This document shows, one piece after another, positions 1 through 13,355 of a stretch of DNA of 64,000 nt; within the stretch, counting starts at the first letter, position 1; each line of letters opens with the position of its first letter. The position numbers and the translations under genes were made by a program. Under the pieces are notes generated by a model that did not search any database, was not told where the DNA came from, and saw nothing but the letters and a program-made list of their open reading frames with translations. Source of the DNA: Chrysemys picta bellii (taxonomy: Eukaryota). Location of the stretch: assembly GCF_011386835.1 (NCBI RefSeq), contig NC_088803.1, positions 51,522,001-51,586,000 on the forward strand. Direction: 5' to 3'.

Positions 1-1156
1 AGTCTTTTTATAAATAGAGCCTTATCTAAAAAGCTTATTAAATCTGACTTCTCCTGCAAATAATTGTCCATGATGCTAATACGTTTTAGTTGATGGAGGT
101 GGGTTTTAGATGCTCACTCTCACAGATACCACTCCCACGGCTTAATTAAATTTTTCATTTATCTGTGTCAACTTCTATTAGCATTGTAACATAGTTCATG
201 GACGTGCTCTTCTCCTTATTGCAGCAGTAAATTTTAATCAAGGACAGAACCGGTTTTGGTTCATTGGTTACATGACATAGGTTTGGTGGATTATTATTGA
301 GACAGGATAACTAAACTAAAAAATATTCTGTTCTCCTATAGCATTCTTTTGTATATGCTCCAGAAATATTAGCACGCCCCCCACTTCTTCTTTTTTTTTT
401 TTTTTCATGGAGCATAGTAATAAAGTTTTCTAATCCAAATATGATTATAAAACAAAGAAGGGGGGAGGGGGGGGAAGTAATGACTTTTTATATGGCTTGA
501 ATGAGAAATGCATGTCAAGATCAAGTTGCTATTTTTTTTTTTAGAGTAAAATGTTTTAAATAAATTTACATCTCGCGTGTGGTCTGCAGTGTTTAATGCA
601 ATGTTTCTGATCCTTTAAAAATTGATATATTTAGTATTTGCTTTTTTTAAGGGTCTCTAAGCCTGTATATTTTATTAATTGCAATTATTGTAAGATGTCC
701 AAAGGCTTGAAGCAACCCAACAGCTACATGCTGTAACCCAAGTGTCATCTTGATGTCAATCATGGACAGACACGAGCACTACCTGTCTTCTTTCAGAGTA
801 GCATGATTGACGTAAATGCATTACTGTCTGCTCACAGATGTCACTCTAGCTATCCGGTCCCAGGAGGCTTATGTTAAGTTATACCTGTCATCCTCCATAG
901 CTTACCATTAGACTGATTCTGAAGTTAACATGGAAGTCTGCAAAGAAATTCTTAAAAGGTTAGTGACTGTATTTAGACTTCCTCCGTTGGAATCATCCTC
1001 TTTTAGTCTAGAAACTTTTGCCTTGGGTCCCAAATTAGCAACTTGAGAGTTTTGAAGTGGTCCTTGAGTTCCTTGCCTTTCAAGTTGAAGGGATCAGCTG
1101 CATTTCAAACCCTCAGTTTGGCGGCTGGACTTCTGCAGAGCATAGAGAGAGGTTTA

Positions 1157-1425
1157 GGGTATGTCTACACCGTCCACATGGCCGCGCTGTGACATGGGCA
1201 ATGTAGTCACGCTTTATCACCGGGGGGGGGGGGGGGAGGGAAGAGCTCTCACAGCGATTAAAAATAACCACCCTGAATGAGGAGTGGTAGCTTTATCGCC
1301 GGGAGCAAGCACCGTCTATACTGGCGCTTTTCAGAGCTAAAACTTTTGTCGCTCAGAAGTGTGTCTTTTTCACACCCCTGAACGACTAAAGTTTTAGCAC
1401 TGACAGTGGCAGTGTAGACACAGCC
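1157..1425. mobile_element. Harbinger/PIF-type MITE
   Basis: TIRs gggtatgtctacac / gtgtagacacagcc and a 3-bp TSD TTA (1154-1156, 1426-1428). Confidence 0.8.
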
Positions 1426-1959
1426 TTAGTGATTAAGACCATACCCCATTTTGCATCAGCCACATTTTTCTTGAGGTACCAAATCCCAATAGTATCCTCA
1501 GTCTGACCTGATGTGACACCTGAGTAATGTGTTCTGACATGTGGCTCTTGCTTCTTTCATGCTACAGTTATCAAGAACATGTCATGTGCTAAGTGTTCAA
1601 GATAACTATATAGCTGCACAGAATGAGAATTGTGTGTTCTGTCTGGAGATTAGCTGATCAAATATCCCTGTGGAAAAGGATTCAGTAGCGACACTAGGTT
1701 TTCTAGGGAAATTATTCAAAGTGTAAGCTTTGAAACGTTACATTACAGCCCTTCTAGACATAGCTCAGTCCAAAGAGCTCAGGTCTACTTGGATGGAATG
1801 CTGAAAGAACAGCTAGAAGATATTTGCAGCAACCATACTGAGAATTGTAACCTAATAGTCACTACAGCATTCGTTGTTCTTGTGGTATCCTTTTGCATAA
1901 TATACTCAAAAGATTGAGATCTCAGTGATATGGCATCTTGAATCACGTGGATGTGACAC

Positions 1960-2290
1960 AGCTCTTCAGAAAAGATTGTTACAAAGAGGACAGTGATCAG
2001 TTGTTCTCCATGTGCACCAAGGGTAGGACAAGAAGTAATTGGCTTAGTTTGTAGCAAGGGAGGTTTAGGTTAGATGTTAGAAAAAACTTTCTAATTATAA
2101 GGATAGTTAACCACTGGAACAGGCTACCTGTGGAGGCTGTGGAATCCTGTCATTGGAAGTTTTAAAGAACAAATTAGACAATCCTCTGTCAGGGATTGCT
2201 TAGGTATATGTAATCCTGCCTCAGTGTGGGAGATGGACAAGTGACCTCTTAAGATTGTTTCCAGCCCAACATTCCTATCATTCTGCGATT
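1960..2290 (+). mobile_element. CR1 LINE 3' fragment
   Basis: Typical CR1 ORF2 end and 3'UTR (gacagtgatcagttgttctcc...aggtttaggttagatgttagaaaaaactttc...cagcccaacattcctatcattctgcgatt). Confidence 0.8.
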
Positions 2291-3099
2291 TACCTGGAGT
2301 TGGTAAACAGTCTGACCTCAGACATGGACTTCCAAATTAGTGACCAACAACAGAACCAAATGTGTTATAAGTTTCAGAAATAGTAGCTGAACTTTGCACC
2401 AAGTGGTGCTCAACCACTGTTTATGAAACAGTGATGAATGTGGGTTTTTTTGTTCTGTGTACATTTGTAGTTGTTATTTTCAACGCTAATGTAATTACCC
2501 CCATTGCTGACGCATGATGTCAGTGACTGGTACATTTCCTAGTGTAAACAATGCAATATAGGAGGAATATTTTCCTAATATATGATGTTTCTGGTTATAC
2601 AACCTGAAATTGTCACATACCACAGAACAAATTAGTATCTAGCTGCCTACAAACTTCTGCCTCCTCCCCAGGTATGTTTTAGCCAACTTTGAAAAATTCT
2701 TCTTGACTTAGGCAAATAAGCTTTATGGCAGGTGAATAAAATACAGGTTTTTTTTAAATTATCAATCATCATGGTGTAAAGGGTGGATAAATGGTTAGAT
2801 TGCCAGGGCTGGTATGTTTTTATTATAGTTTTATGTAATTTGCTGCATTCATGCTTTCCAAGAATTCACTCACAATAATTTTGGATTATTTTCCACACAG
2901 AGAAGATTACCTTATGTTTTTCTGTTTTGAATATTTAATTTGTGTTTGTATTTGTAACTTCTCCATCTTCTTTTGTTTTAATTTTCTGTCCTCCCTACCT
3001 TTTGTAGAAATTTCCAGTTTAGTAGTATTTTCAAATAAAACCCTTGTTACAGCAGTGGCATACTGCTGAGATACAGTATCCCTAGGGCGCTGGATCTCA

Positions 3100-3335
3100 A
3101 GACCGTTAAATCCAAAGATGACGGTGAAGAGTTACAAAGGGATCTTACAAAACTGGGTGACTGGGCAACAAAAAGGCAGATGAAGTTCAGTGTTGATAAA
3201 TGTAGAGTAATGCATATTGGAAAATGTAATACCATATAAAAGTATGGGGTCTAAATTAGCTGTTAACACTCAGAGTCATTGTGGATAGTTCTCTAAATAA
3301 TCCACTCAGTGTGCAGCAGCAGTCATAAAAGTTAA
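3100..3335 (+). mobile_element. CR1 LINE ORF2 fragment
   Basis: Translates to DDGEELQRDLTKLGDWATKRQMKFSVDKCRVMHIGK, a CR1 post-RT motif. Confidence 0.8.
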
Positions 3336-3529
3336 CTATCTTATGTACCTACCAAAGAACAAAAAAATGGTTTCTTGTCACTTGTACTCCTCACCAAAAA
3401 AAAGTGTCCAGTTCACTTCTATCCAAGTAGAAATGTATGTGCAGAGGCTTTGTCTGTGTTTGTTTAGGAAACTGCTACTCCAGCCACTCTGTCAAACTGC
3501 TTAAACACTGTTTCTAGAATTGTGCTAAT

Positions 3530-3870
3530 CAGGGCCGGCTCCAGACACCAGCCCTCCAAGCATGTGCTTGGGGTGGCACCTGGAGGGGGGCGGCGCTCAC
3601 CCGGGGGAGAGCGGGACCCCGGCCGGGCTCGCCGCCCTCCCCCGGCGCTCCGGCTGGCCGGGGGAGAACGGGGCCGCGGCTGGGCTCGCCGCCCTCCCCC
3701 CAGCGCTCCGGCCGGCCGGGAAAAGTGGGGCCGCCCTCCTCCCGGCGCTCCGGCCGGCCGGGAAGAGCGGGGCCCTGGCCGGGCTCGCCGCCCTCCCTGC
3801 GGCGCTCCCCGCTGGGGGGCGGCAGGAGGGTTTTTTGCCTGAGGCGGCAAAAAAGCCAGAGCCAGCCCTG
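3530..3870. mobile_element. hAT non-autonomous element with internal GC-rich minisatellite
   Basis: TIRs cagggccggctc / gagccagccctg. gtgctaat at 3522-3529 and 3872-3879. Repeated ggccgggctcgccgccctcccccggcgctccggc units at about 3610-3810. Confidence 0.8.
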
Positions 3871-3880
3871 GGTGCTAATG

Positions 3881-4198
3881 CAGGAGTCGGCAACGTTTGG
3901 CACGCAGCTCATTAGGGTAAGCACCCTAGCGGGCCGGGCCAGTTTATTTACCTGCTGACGTGGCAGGTTCGGCCGATCGCGGCTCCCAGTGGCCGCGGTT
4001 CGCCGTCCCGGGCCAATGGGGGCGGCGAGAAGCGGCGAGGGATGTGCTGGCTGCGGCTTCCCGCCACCCTCATTGGCCCGGGACGGCCAGTGGGGGCCGC
4101 GATCGGCCAAACCTGCCGCGTCAGCAGGTAAATAAACTGGCCCGGCCCGCTAGGGTGCTTACCCTGGCGAACCACGTGCCAAACGTTGCCGACCCCTG
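3881..4198. mobile_element. hAT (Charlie-like) MITE
   Basis: TIRs caggagtcggcaacgtttggcacg / cgtgccaaacgttgccgacccctg and a perfect 8-bp TSD TGCTAATG (3873-3880, 4199-4206). Confidence 0.88.
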
Positions 4199-4674
4199 TG
4201 CTAATGCTTACCATGGTCAGCATAGTTAGGGATGAAGTGTGTGTGTCATGCACTATTCAGCTAGAATGTGTGGGCTCTCTCTAACAAGATGCATGTAATT
4301 GGGCTTCATGTGTAAATAAGGATTTTCCCAGTTAAACACTGCTTTCAGAGTTTCAGGAATGTATGACCTACCTACAGTATAGCAGAAGCTGTTAAAAGGA
4401 ACCTCATGCTTTTTTAAAAAAAAAAAAAATCTTTGAGCAGACTGAATTTCCTAATAAAGATTTTCTGAAAGCTTCAGTGTCTGGAAACGAGGGTGGGGCA
4501 ATGGAATAATTGTGGGAGAATTATTAGCAGATACTAATGAGCTCAGTTTTTCAGAACAGCATTTTAATTCCATATTTAATTTGTTGGCGTTAACTAGGAT
4601 TTCCTGTGAATGATACAAAAGATGCAGAGAAATGCCTCTCTTTGGCAAGCAGATGTCATTTAAGCTCTCATTTA

Positions 4675-4956
4675 GGGTATGGTCTACATTATAAGTGAAG
4701 GTGTGAGTGTGGCATGAGTAGGCATATCTGTGCTAGATTTAATCTAGCTTGCATGGATAACCATAATAGTGAAGACGTGGCAACTGAAGCTACTAACCCA
4801 GGTATGTACCCAGGTTTCCTGATGTCTTGTAGTCAGGTTGTTAGCCTCTGCTGAAGTCCTTGCTGCACATCTACATTACTATTCTCAACAGTACTAGCTA
4901 GATAAAAGCTAGCATGGTATGCTTAGTCACACCTTCACCTACAGCAAACACATACC
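4675..4956. mobile_element. Degenerate Harbinger-like MITE
   Basis: Left end tta|gggtatggtctaca; the right end (...aaacacatacc) is decayed. Confidence 0.45.
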
Positions 4957-5078
4957 ATAAACATTAGGTGAATTAAGGCTTATTACATTCCTCCTCTCCT
5001 TGGATAATTTAAAAAAAAAATTTTTTTACTGGAATTTGGTTGACTTGAATTTGAAAGGCCCTGATGATCTCCTTAGTT

Positions 5079-6013
5079 CAGGGGTGGGGAACCTTTTTTC
5101 TATCAGGGCCACTGACTCACAGAAAAAATCAGTTGCAGGCCACACATAGCCCTGCGGTGGGGGGTGGGGGGGAGAAAGGGGAGGGGCCGTGGGGGCTTGG
5201 GGCTTTCCTCCGCAGCCGGTGCTTGCAGCTTCAGCCCTGCGGGGTGTGTGGAGGCTTGTGGCTTCCCCTAGGCTCTGGGGTGGGCCCAGAGATGAGGAGT
5301 TCAGGGTGTGGGAGTGGGCAACAGGCTGTGGGAAAGGGTGAGGGCTCCGGCTGGGGATGTAGGCTTGGGTAGATCTGGGGTCAAGGGGTTTGGAGTGCGG
5401 GAGCAGGCTTGGGGTTGGGGGTGCGGGAGGACGGTTGGGGTGTGGGCTCCAGGGGGGACTTTGGGTGCGGGAGGGGGCTCAGGACAAGGGGTTGGGGTGC
5501 AGGGTGTGGGAGGGGGTTCAGACTGGGGCAGGGGGTTCGGGGTGCAGGTGTTTACGGCGGCGCAGTGGGGCTAAGGCAGGCTTCCCGCCTCCGTGCTGCT
5601 CCCAGAAGTGGCTGACATGTCCAGCCCCTAGGCGGAAGGGCTAGGGAGCTGTGCGTGCTGCCTGCAGGCGCGGCTCCCGCAGCTCCCATTGGTCGCAGTT
5701 CCCAGCCAATGGGAGCTGCAGAGTCGGCAGTGGGGGCGGGGACAGCATGTGGCGCTTCCCTGATGGCCCCTGCTCCTAGGGGCTGCAGGGACATTCTGGG
5801 AGCTGAGTGGAGCCGACCGTACTTTTAACGGCCTGGCAACCCCAGCTTCCCCACTCAGCTGGGTGAGCCGGCGTTGCTCCAGCCCCGCGGGGGGGGGCGG
5901 CGGGGTGCTGAGACCCAGGGCTTCCAGCCTGCAGTGTGGAGACTAGCCGCGGGCTAGATGAAATGCAGCAGCGTGCTGGATCTGGCCTGCCTGCCGTAAG
6001 TTCCCCACCCCTG
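5079..6013. mobile_element. hAT (Charlie-like) element with G-rich internal repeats
   Basis: TIRs caggggtggggaac / gttccccacccctg and TSD ccttagtt / cattagtt (7/8). Confidence 0.82.
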
Positions 6014-7465
6014 CATTAGTTAATTGGGCAGCGATGGATACTTTAGATTCATGTGATTCTTTGCTAGCAGATTAGAAGAGCTGTTACATCAGATGAGAGA
6101 GGGGTTTTGCAAGCTCAATTAAGAGGGACTTTGTGTGTTTGGGGTTTCTTGTTTTGTATTTTTATTTTGTATTTTTTTAGTAATTTCATTAGTGTGATTA
6201 GTTATTTTGCCTTAAAGTATATTTGATTAGGTCATTTCAACTATAAATACTGAAAGCCCTAAAGTCACTATTTGATTGGCTATCTGTAATCTTGGCTTTT
6301 GACGAATATTTAATATCTTGTTGTGGTTAGAATTAATCTGCCTGTGTTTTAGCAATTAGTGTTTATGTGCCGCATGCAGCAACACATTCTGGAAACTGTC
6401 AGTCAGCATCTGTAATTGGCTATGGAAAAGAAGTGAGAAAACTGGAAATGTTTTACTGCCCAATATTTGGCAACAGTGATTGTTGTCAAACATCCTTTCA
6501 GGCCTGAATTCTTTGCCACCTCATGCAAAATCTACTACAAACAATGCTGACTGGAGTAACAGGTTTTAAAGAGGTTTGTTAAATTGCCTTTTTAATTAGC
6601 CATAATTCTCTTAATTTCTTTATCTCTTCATGCAATACTTGATTTTTGAATCGTTTTGATTAAAGGGACAATTTTTTTTAAACAATCTGTTTTAAAAATT
6701 GTTTTTATCCTCTAATTATGAACACTAATCAAAATGTGGTGAAGTATTAACATTTTCAACTTGGAAAACTAATTTTTAAAATACTTTTTTCTAAAAGAAA
6801 GACTGTTGAGCTGATTCTCCAGAAATGAAATATGGGGAGGGAGGGAAATAGTTCGGCTTTACAGAGAGCGAGAGAGAGCGAGATTCTGTCAGCTGAACCT
6901 AAACACTGCTGACATGTTTATTGCAAAGCTTGCATTGCCATCTTTTAATTTTCCCTAAATCTCCAACAGCGTTGATTGAGTACTACATAGTAGGGAATAG
7001 TTGTCATTTTTGAAGGAAGTGGAAGATGTTACTTATGGGACAACAGCAGGCTATTGTTCTATCTTCATAGATGCAATCCAGTTTAACAGAATAAACCTCG
7101 CAGTATGATAAGGAATCTAAAGTGCCCTGAGAGGCAGAGATAAGATCAGAGCATATCACAAATGACTAACTTCAGATACACTTCTGTTCAAAAAACTGTT
7201 AAGAGAAACTTCAAGTTGCATAATTAAGCACTTAAAAGCCAAGATATCCATACGATTAACCTTAATTCTGCTATTGTTATGCAAATGTTTTGGGATAGTC
7301 TTTAGTCTCATGATCACAGTGTTTCTCAAATAGGGCTCTCAAGTGTAGGGTATTGCAGAGTTTCCTCTTTCACCCCTCTTATTCATGTGGCCATTAGGAA
7401 GGCCACTAAGATGGCATGGAGTACAGGATTTTAAGTATTTTTATGAGGGTGAAAGCCAGCTTTGT

Positions 7466-7848
7466 CTTGTGTGTTCTGAACCCGTGGGTCTCAACAGGGG
7501 TCCGGGGACCCCAGAGGGACCGTGAGCAGGTTTCAAGGGGTCCACCAAGCAGGGACGGCATTAGACTTTCTGGGACCCATGACAGAAAGTCGAAGCCCCG
7601 CCGCATGGGATTGTAGCCCGGGGCCCCGAGCCCTGCCACGCGGGGCAGAAGTTGAAGCCTGAGCAACTTGGGTTCACAGGGCCCCCTCTGACATGGGGCC
7701 CCAAGCAGTTGCCCTGCTTGACACCAACTAATGCTGGTCCTGGCTTTTATATGCAGAAAAACAGTTGTGGTGGCAGAAGTGGGCCATGGAGGTTTTTTTA
7801 TAGCAGGTGGGGGGGGGGGCTCAGAAAGAAAAAGGCTGAGAACCCCTT
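7466..7848. mobile_element. hAT MITE, degenerate left end
   Basis: Right terminus aaggctgagaacccct with a GC-rich body of the turtle hAT type; no clear TSD. Confidence 0.55.
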
Positions 7849-8018
7849 CTCTGGACAATGCTGTTGAACACTTTTTTAGCCAGGTTGAGATTAGGTCATG
7901 GAGGAGGGCAGGTGATTTAAAGCTCAAACTAGATAAAGCTCAGGTGGTGCTAAATTGTAGGATGTCCAGTTTAGGATGATATGGAGAAATAACATAAGCC
8001 CCCTTGGTTGAAGGTATT

Positions 8019-9086
8019 TGTGACAGGTTCCCCGGGATGCAGCCTGGGACTGTGGAACCGCTGTGCCCTCTTTACTCCCTATTCTGGGTTGTCTCTCACA
8101 ATGCCTTACTAGTGGCAAGCAGCAAACCCCTGCAGGTACTGTTACCACTCAGTACAACTGCACGTGGAGCCCCACACCCAGCTAAATTGCATGAATGCTC
8201 CCAGAGCCACTCCTGAATCACACAGAGAGAGGCACCAGAGCCAAATCCCCCAAGCTCCCAGCCTTGTACCTCAGGCATATATCGTCTTGCACTGCTCAAG
8301 ACCCTTTCTTGAGCAATGCAAGTTTATTAATTGGTTCACCACTTCATCAATGGGAAGTGGACATACATGAGTCTTTGTAATTTGAGCATATTTACCAAGC
8401 ACTTCAGGCAAACTCACTGGTAAAGATAAACAGTAAAACAAGTTTATTGATTACAAAAGATAGATTTTAAGTGATTATAAGTGATAGGCAGAAAGTCAGA
8501 GTGGTTACCAAAATAAAATATAAGCACGCATTCTAAACCTTAACCCTTATCACACTAGGCAGTATTTAGATCAAGCAATGTTCTCACTCCACCGGCTCTT
8601 ACAGTTCTTAATATACAGGTTTGTCCCTTAAACATGGGCCAGTCTTCTCTGTTGAAATCTTCTGTCTTCTCAACGTCCTTGTTGCTTGCAGCATAGGTGG
8701 GGGAGGAAAAAGGACCCAGGTTGAGCAATTCCCCTGGTGTGGCCTTGTGCAAGTGAGTCATTGCATTGTAGCTCCCTTGCTGGACAATGGCTGTTGATAG
8801 TTGTTCGACACTTGCCTGGGCGTTGGTTATCTCCTTGGTTATCGTCTTTGGGGGCGCTAGTATCTGGGCGCTTCCCAAACCCTTAGCATATTTTAGTGAC
8901 AATCATACAACACAACTCTCATAACTTCATATGCATTAATGATATATATTTAGATGTAACAATGGGTTTCAGCAGATCATAACTTTTCCCATGATACCTT
9001 ACAAGGCATACCTTGTATGCAACATCAAAATTATATACAAATAAATATGGGGGTTACAGGGTGCTCCCCTGGGGTGTAGTGTCACA
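8019..9086. mobile_element. Solo LTR (about 1.07 kb)
   Basis: Termini TGTGACA...TGTCACA and 5-bp flanks gtatt / gtagt (4/5). Confidence 0.75.
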
Positions 9087-9131
9087 GTAGTCATCTGTCC
9101 TTAGTTTCTTAATTTTGAAATGGTCTTAGAC

Positions 9132-10188
9132 CAGGAGTCGGCAACCTATGGCACGCATGCCAAAGTTGGCACGCGAGCCAAATTTTAATGGCACTCTGCA
9201 GCCCCGCACACCTCCCAGGCCCGTGCCCTGAGCCCTGCACCCCGCACACACCCCAGGCTCCTGCCCTGAGCCCTGCACCCCCCTCATACACACCCAGACC
9301 TCTGCTTGACTCTTTCACCCCCTCCGCCCCCAGGACCCCAGCCCTGACTCTGGCACCCCCGCACCCCATGCCCTGACTCTTGCACCCCCCACATACCCAT
9401 CCCCACCCTGAGCACCAAACAGGAGCTCCTGTTCCCCCCCCCCACATTCCCACCTGCACCCCTCACACCAAATGGGAGCTGCCCAGGTAAGTGCCCCACA
9501 CCCAAACCTCCTGCCCCAACCCTGAGCCCCCTCCCTCATTCTAGCTCCTGGCCAGACCCTACACCCCAACCCCCAGCCTGCTCCTTCACCCACAGCCCTG
9601 TGCTCAGTGCACTCCCACCCTCAGCTCAGTGCAGAGAGAGGAAGAGAATGGGCCAGAACCAGGGAGAAGGTAGTTACCCACTGTACATGGGCAGGGCCAG
9701 GACCCCAGACCGGCAGTGGGTTGAGCGGGTCCGGCAGCCGGGATCCCAGCTGGCAGGAGCCGGCTGATGGAACCCCTGAGCGACAGCGGCCTGAGCCGCT
9801 CAACCCACTGCCAGTCTGGGGTCCCGGCCGCGGGCCCCGCACAGCCCACTGCCGGTCAAGGGTTCTTGCTGCCAGACCCTTGCCAGCCTGGGTCCCGGCC
9901 GCAGGCCCCGCTCAGCCTGCAGCTGGCCTAGGTGAACAGAACCCAGGACCAGCAGCGGACCGGCGGCCTAAGATCAACATTTTAATTTAATTTTAAATGA
10001 AGCTTCTTAAACATTTTGAAAACCTTGTTTATTTTACAATAAAACAATAGTTTAGTTATATAATATATAGACTTATAGCGAGAGACCTTCTAAAAAACAT
10101 TAAAATGTATTACCGGAACGCGAAATCTTAAATTAAAGTGAATAAATGAAGACTCGGCACACCGCTTCTGAAAGGTTGCTGACCCCTG
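9132..10188. mobile_element. hAT (Charlie-like) element
   Basis: TIRs caggagtcggcaacc / ggttgctgacccctg, a perfect 8-bp TSD TCTTAGAC (9124-9131, 10189-10196), and internal C-rich tandem repeats. Confidence 0.9.
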
Positions 10189-10363
10189 TCTTAGACAATC
10201 ATTTAAAACACAGTGGCTTTTAGACACTCCATATTACAGCAGTGACCAATATGTTGTTTTTTTTGTCTGCTCCCAGACAGGAGATTGCAACCTTTTCTCT
10301 CCGGTTTGGACCTTGCTGCTGTTATCCGTGGCATTGTCACCTCAAAATTACATTACAGTAATG

Positions 10364-10545
10364 TAGAGTAGTGTGGTCTAGTGGATAGAGCAGTAGATTG
10401 CGACTCAAGACCTGGATTCTATTCCTAGCTCTACCATTAGCCTGCTCTGCGACCTTGGGCAAGCCACTTCACCTTTGTGCTCCGTTTCCCCATCTGTAAA
10501 ATGGGGATAAAGATTGACCTCCTTTGTAAAGCACTTTGAGATGTA
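10364..10545 (+). mobile_element. MIR-like CORE-SINE
   Basis: tRNA-like A box (tggtctagtgg), B box (ggattctattcc) and the CORE motif cttgggcaagccacttcac...gtttccccatctgtaaaatgggga. Confidence 0.8.
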
Positions 10546-12234
10546 GTTATGGAAATTGCTATATAAATTATAATATGCTCTCTGTGGGGCCACACATTAA
10601 ATCCTTTTGAAAACTGAAGCTGGTGTAGAATGCTACAACTCACTTGTTAAATGGTGTATCTTGTAGGGGAGCACACAGCATCAGCACTCTGATCTGCGTT
10701 GGCTTCCTATTGGTTTGAGTGAATTTTAAAGAGTTGGTTTTGACCTATATAGCAATAAATCATTTGGGACCTGTCTACTGGAAAAACTGCCTCTCTCCCT
10801 ATATGATACAGCCACATGTGCACTCTGCAGAGATGCAGAACCCCCTTGATGGGGCATTCTCAGTGATGTCCTGCTGGCTTTCCAAAATAGCTGTAATCTG
10901 TTGACTTTTAGGACATGCTGCACCGACCATCCATTTGCTCAGGATTTTGGCAATGGCTAAGCTGTGTGTGTGTGATTGGGTTTTAGGTTTGGGTCTGTTT
11001 GGCTATTTTGAATTGATGGCTAGTTAACTTTGTTGTGTGTGTGGTCACTGTTGCTCTGTTGGCTGATTATTCCTTTGTGGACTATTTTAAATAATTATCA
11101 TAATGGCTAAAGGTATGAATGTCATTTTTTATTGGAATAAAAAACTTGCAAATGTAATATTTACAACTTTACATACATGTGTATTATTTTCTAATATTCT
11201 TTTCATTCTTCTGCACTTATACTAATTGTTGTAATAGTCCATTACATTTTTGACTTCTGAGGCAATTTACCATGTCAGGTGGTCTGTTTTGTCAGAGTTT
11301 TTTTCACAAGTACTCATGTTAAACTTCATGTATAATAGATGTTGTTGTGAAACTGTAGTTTATGGTATCCTTTTAATATGAATGACCTCAGGGACCACAT
11401 GGAATTGTAGTAGACCTGTTGTTGCTCAGATTTTCCAAAATCTTCATCTTGGGGAAAAGACCAAGCCTGGAAAATTTCAGCTGGAAAGCCACAATTTAAA
11501 GTGGCTGAAAACAGTTTGTGTACTAGCCTGCTGTGATAAAATCTTAACTGTCATGGTCAGTGAAACTCTTGCTGTAGTATTAAAATATGAATTGCTCAGT
11601 ATAATCCAGTGAGTTACATTGATTATCTTATATTGCCTATCCATCTACGTTGTTTGTGATAGCTGTGATGTAACCACCTGCTTCATAGAACAACAGCAAA
11701 GACTGCAACCCACGTTGGAAGGATCTGGTGGAGAACCTTAATTGAATTGGTTCTGATGTATCTCTTGAAACAGAAAGTGCGCACATATTACAAATTACAA
11801 GATTATGGGTCATATAATATTGCAGTTCACCTTCAGGCTTTCTCAAGGGATGGAAGAGTTACTCACACTAAATTTGTTTCTCACCATGTATTAGAATAAG
11901 TCTTTAGTGGTTGGCAACGGAAAACGCTAACAGAGTTTTTTTTGCTTTAATCTTTGAGTAGTCTGGACATTAGAAGCATGTGAGTTGCATGTTTGGGATT
12001 GAGTAAAAATGTGTAACTGTTTTAAATTAAAATATGTAATGGACAATAAAAGTTGAGACCCAAACCAGAACTCTTACCATCTACTTATGAAAGCAAAACC
12101 AGTAGGTCCTCTTCCTATGTACTGTTGGTGCCTAGCCGTTTAGTCCTAAGATTAGAAATGCACGTGTCTAGATATCTCACCTTGAAAGTTTGAATTCTTT
12201 GTATGTTTCTCTAATGGTGTTTTTATTTACATAG

Positions 12235-12510
12235 GTGCTGATGTGACAGAACCCAGCAATTCGGATAGCCGAGTGGAGAGATCAGACCTTTACACAAATG
12301 TTGATGAAGCACTCCTAGGAGGTGATGCTAGCTACCTATCTCAGCCTCTTACCCCGGAGAAGGATGATGCACTTCAGGCTGCGACAGTTGCTAACCTGCG
12401 CGCAGCCCTCATGAGTAAGAACAGCTTGTTATCTCTGAAAGCTGACATGCTGGGAGAGGACAGTTCTCTGCTATTCGAGTACTTACCCAAAGGCACACAT
12501 TCTTTATCTC
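12235..12510 (+). CDS. ZBTB46: ZBTB46 internal coding exon (276 nt, phase 1 to 1), linker region upstream of the zinc fingers
   Basis: Acceptor ttttatttacatag|GT and donor TCTC|gtaagt. Encodes ADVTEPSNSDSRVERSDLYTNVDEALLGGDASYLSQPLTPEKDDALQAATVANLRAALMSKNSLLSLKADMLGEDSSLLFEYLPKGTHSLS, which matches the recalled vertebrate ZBTB46 sequence (...TPEKDDAL...ANLRAALMSKNSLLSLKAD...LLFEYLP). Confidence 0.93.
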
Positions 12511-13220
12511 GTAAGTTTATACTTTTATATTTTTGCTTAAAGATTAATTTAAAAACTAATTAGGGGAAAAAGGAGGAAATTCAGGTCACTCTAGATTTAT
12601 TACTCCTTTGCTAGTTTTATCTGTGTTAAACTTCTGTATAAATGCACATCCCATGAGGTTTAGAATCCTGTTGTCTGTAATGTTATGCAGCATAGCTCTA
12701 GTACCAATTGTCGGAAATATAAAAGGTATTAGGGAGATATTTATTACATTGATTTGGACATTGTGCTAATTGACAAATCACTAGCATGGTTTTACGTATT
12801 TAGAGAGTATGGAATATTTGACTTTTTCAGTTAAAGAATGGATGCTGTGTAGGATTTGAATAAAAAAGTAATCAATCTTAAAGCCAGGTGGGAAGGAGCT
12901 GCCACTCCAGTAAATTTTAAAAATAAAATAGAGTTGTAGTCATGTTTGTAGACCCAACAAGCCGAATCCTTTTTTGCTTCTTCCTTTGGATTTTCTGCAT
13001 TTGATAATGAACAAATACAGTTTCTATAGCCATTCTGACTTCCACTATGCTTATGCACAAAGAGTAATACTTCTTGTTTGTTTGGGGGGTTTATTTTAGG
13101 ACTAAATATTTGATGATTACAAAAACTGGAATTGAGGAAGGAAGGAAAATTCTTGATAGCATCTTGTAACGAGTCACTTGTACATTTGCTAAGTATCCCC
13201 AAATAATCAGGGTAAACGTG

Positions 13221-13355
13221 TTTACAGTATTGCTGTAGCCGTGTTGATCCCTGGATGCTAGAGAGACAAGGTAGGTGAGATAATACCTTGTATAGGACCA
13301 ACTTTTGTTGGTGAAAGAGACAAGCTTTTGAGCTTACACGGAGCTCTTTTTCAGG
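13221..13355 (-). mobile_element. Penelope-like element terminal fragment with degenerate hammerhead
   Basis: Minus strand reads CTGAAAA-AGAGCT..AGCTC-AAAA-GCTT. Flanked by near-direct repeats tcagggtaaacgtg (13207-13220) / tcaggataaaagtg (13351-13364). Confidence 0.6.

Noticed and set aside
3464-4253. Multiple overlapping Pro/Arg/Gly-rich ORFs
   Set aside because: They lie entirely in GC-rich hAT MITEs, where stop codons are naturally rare.
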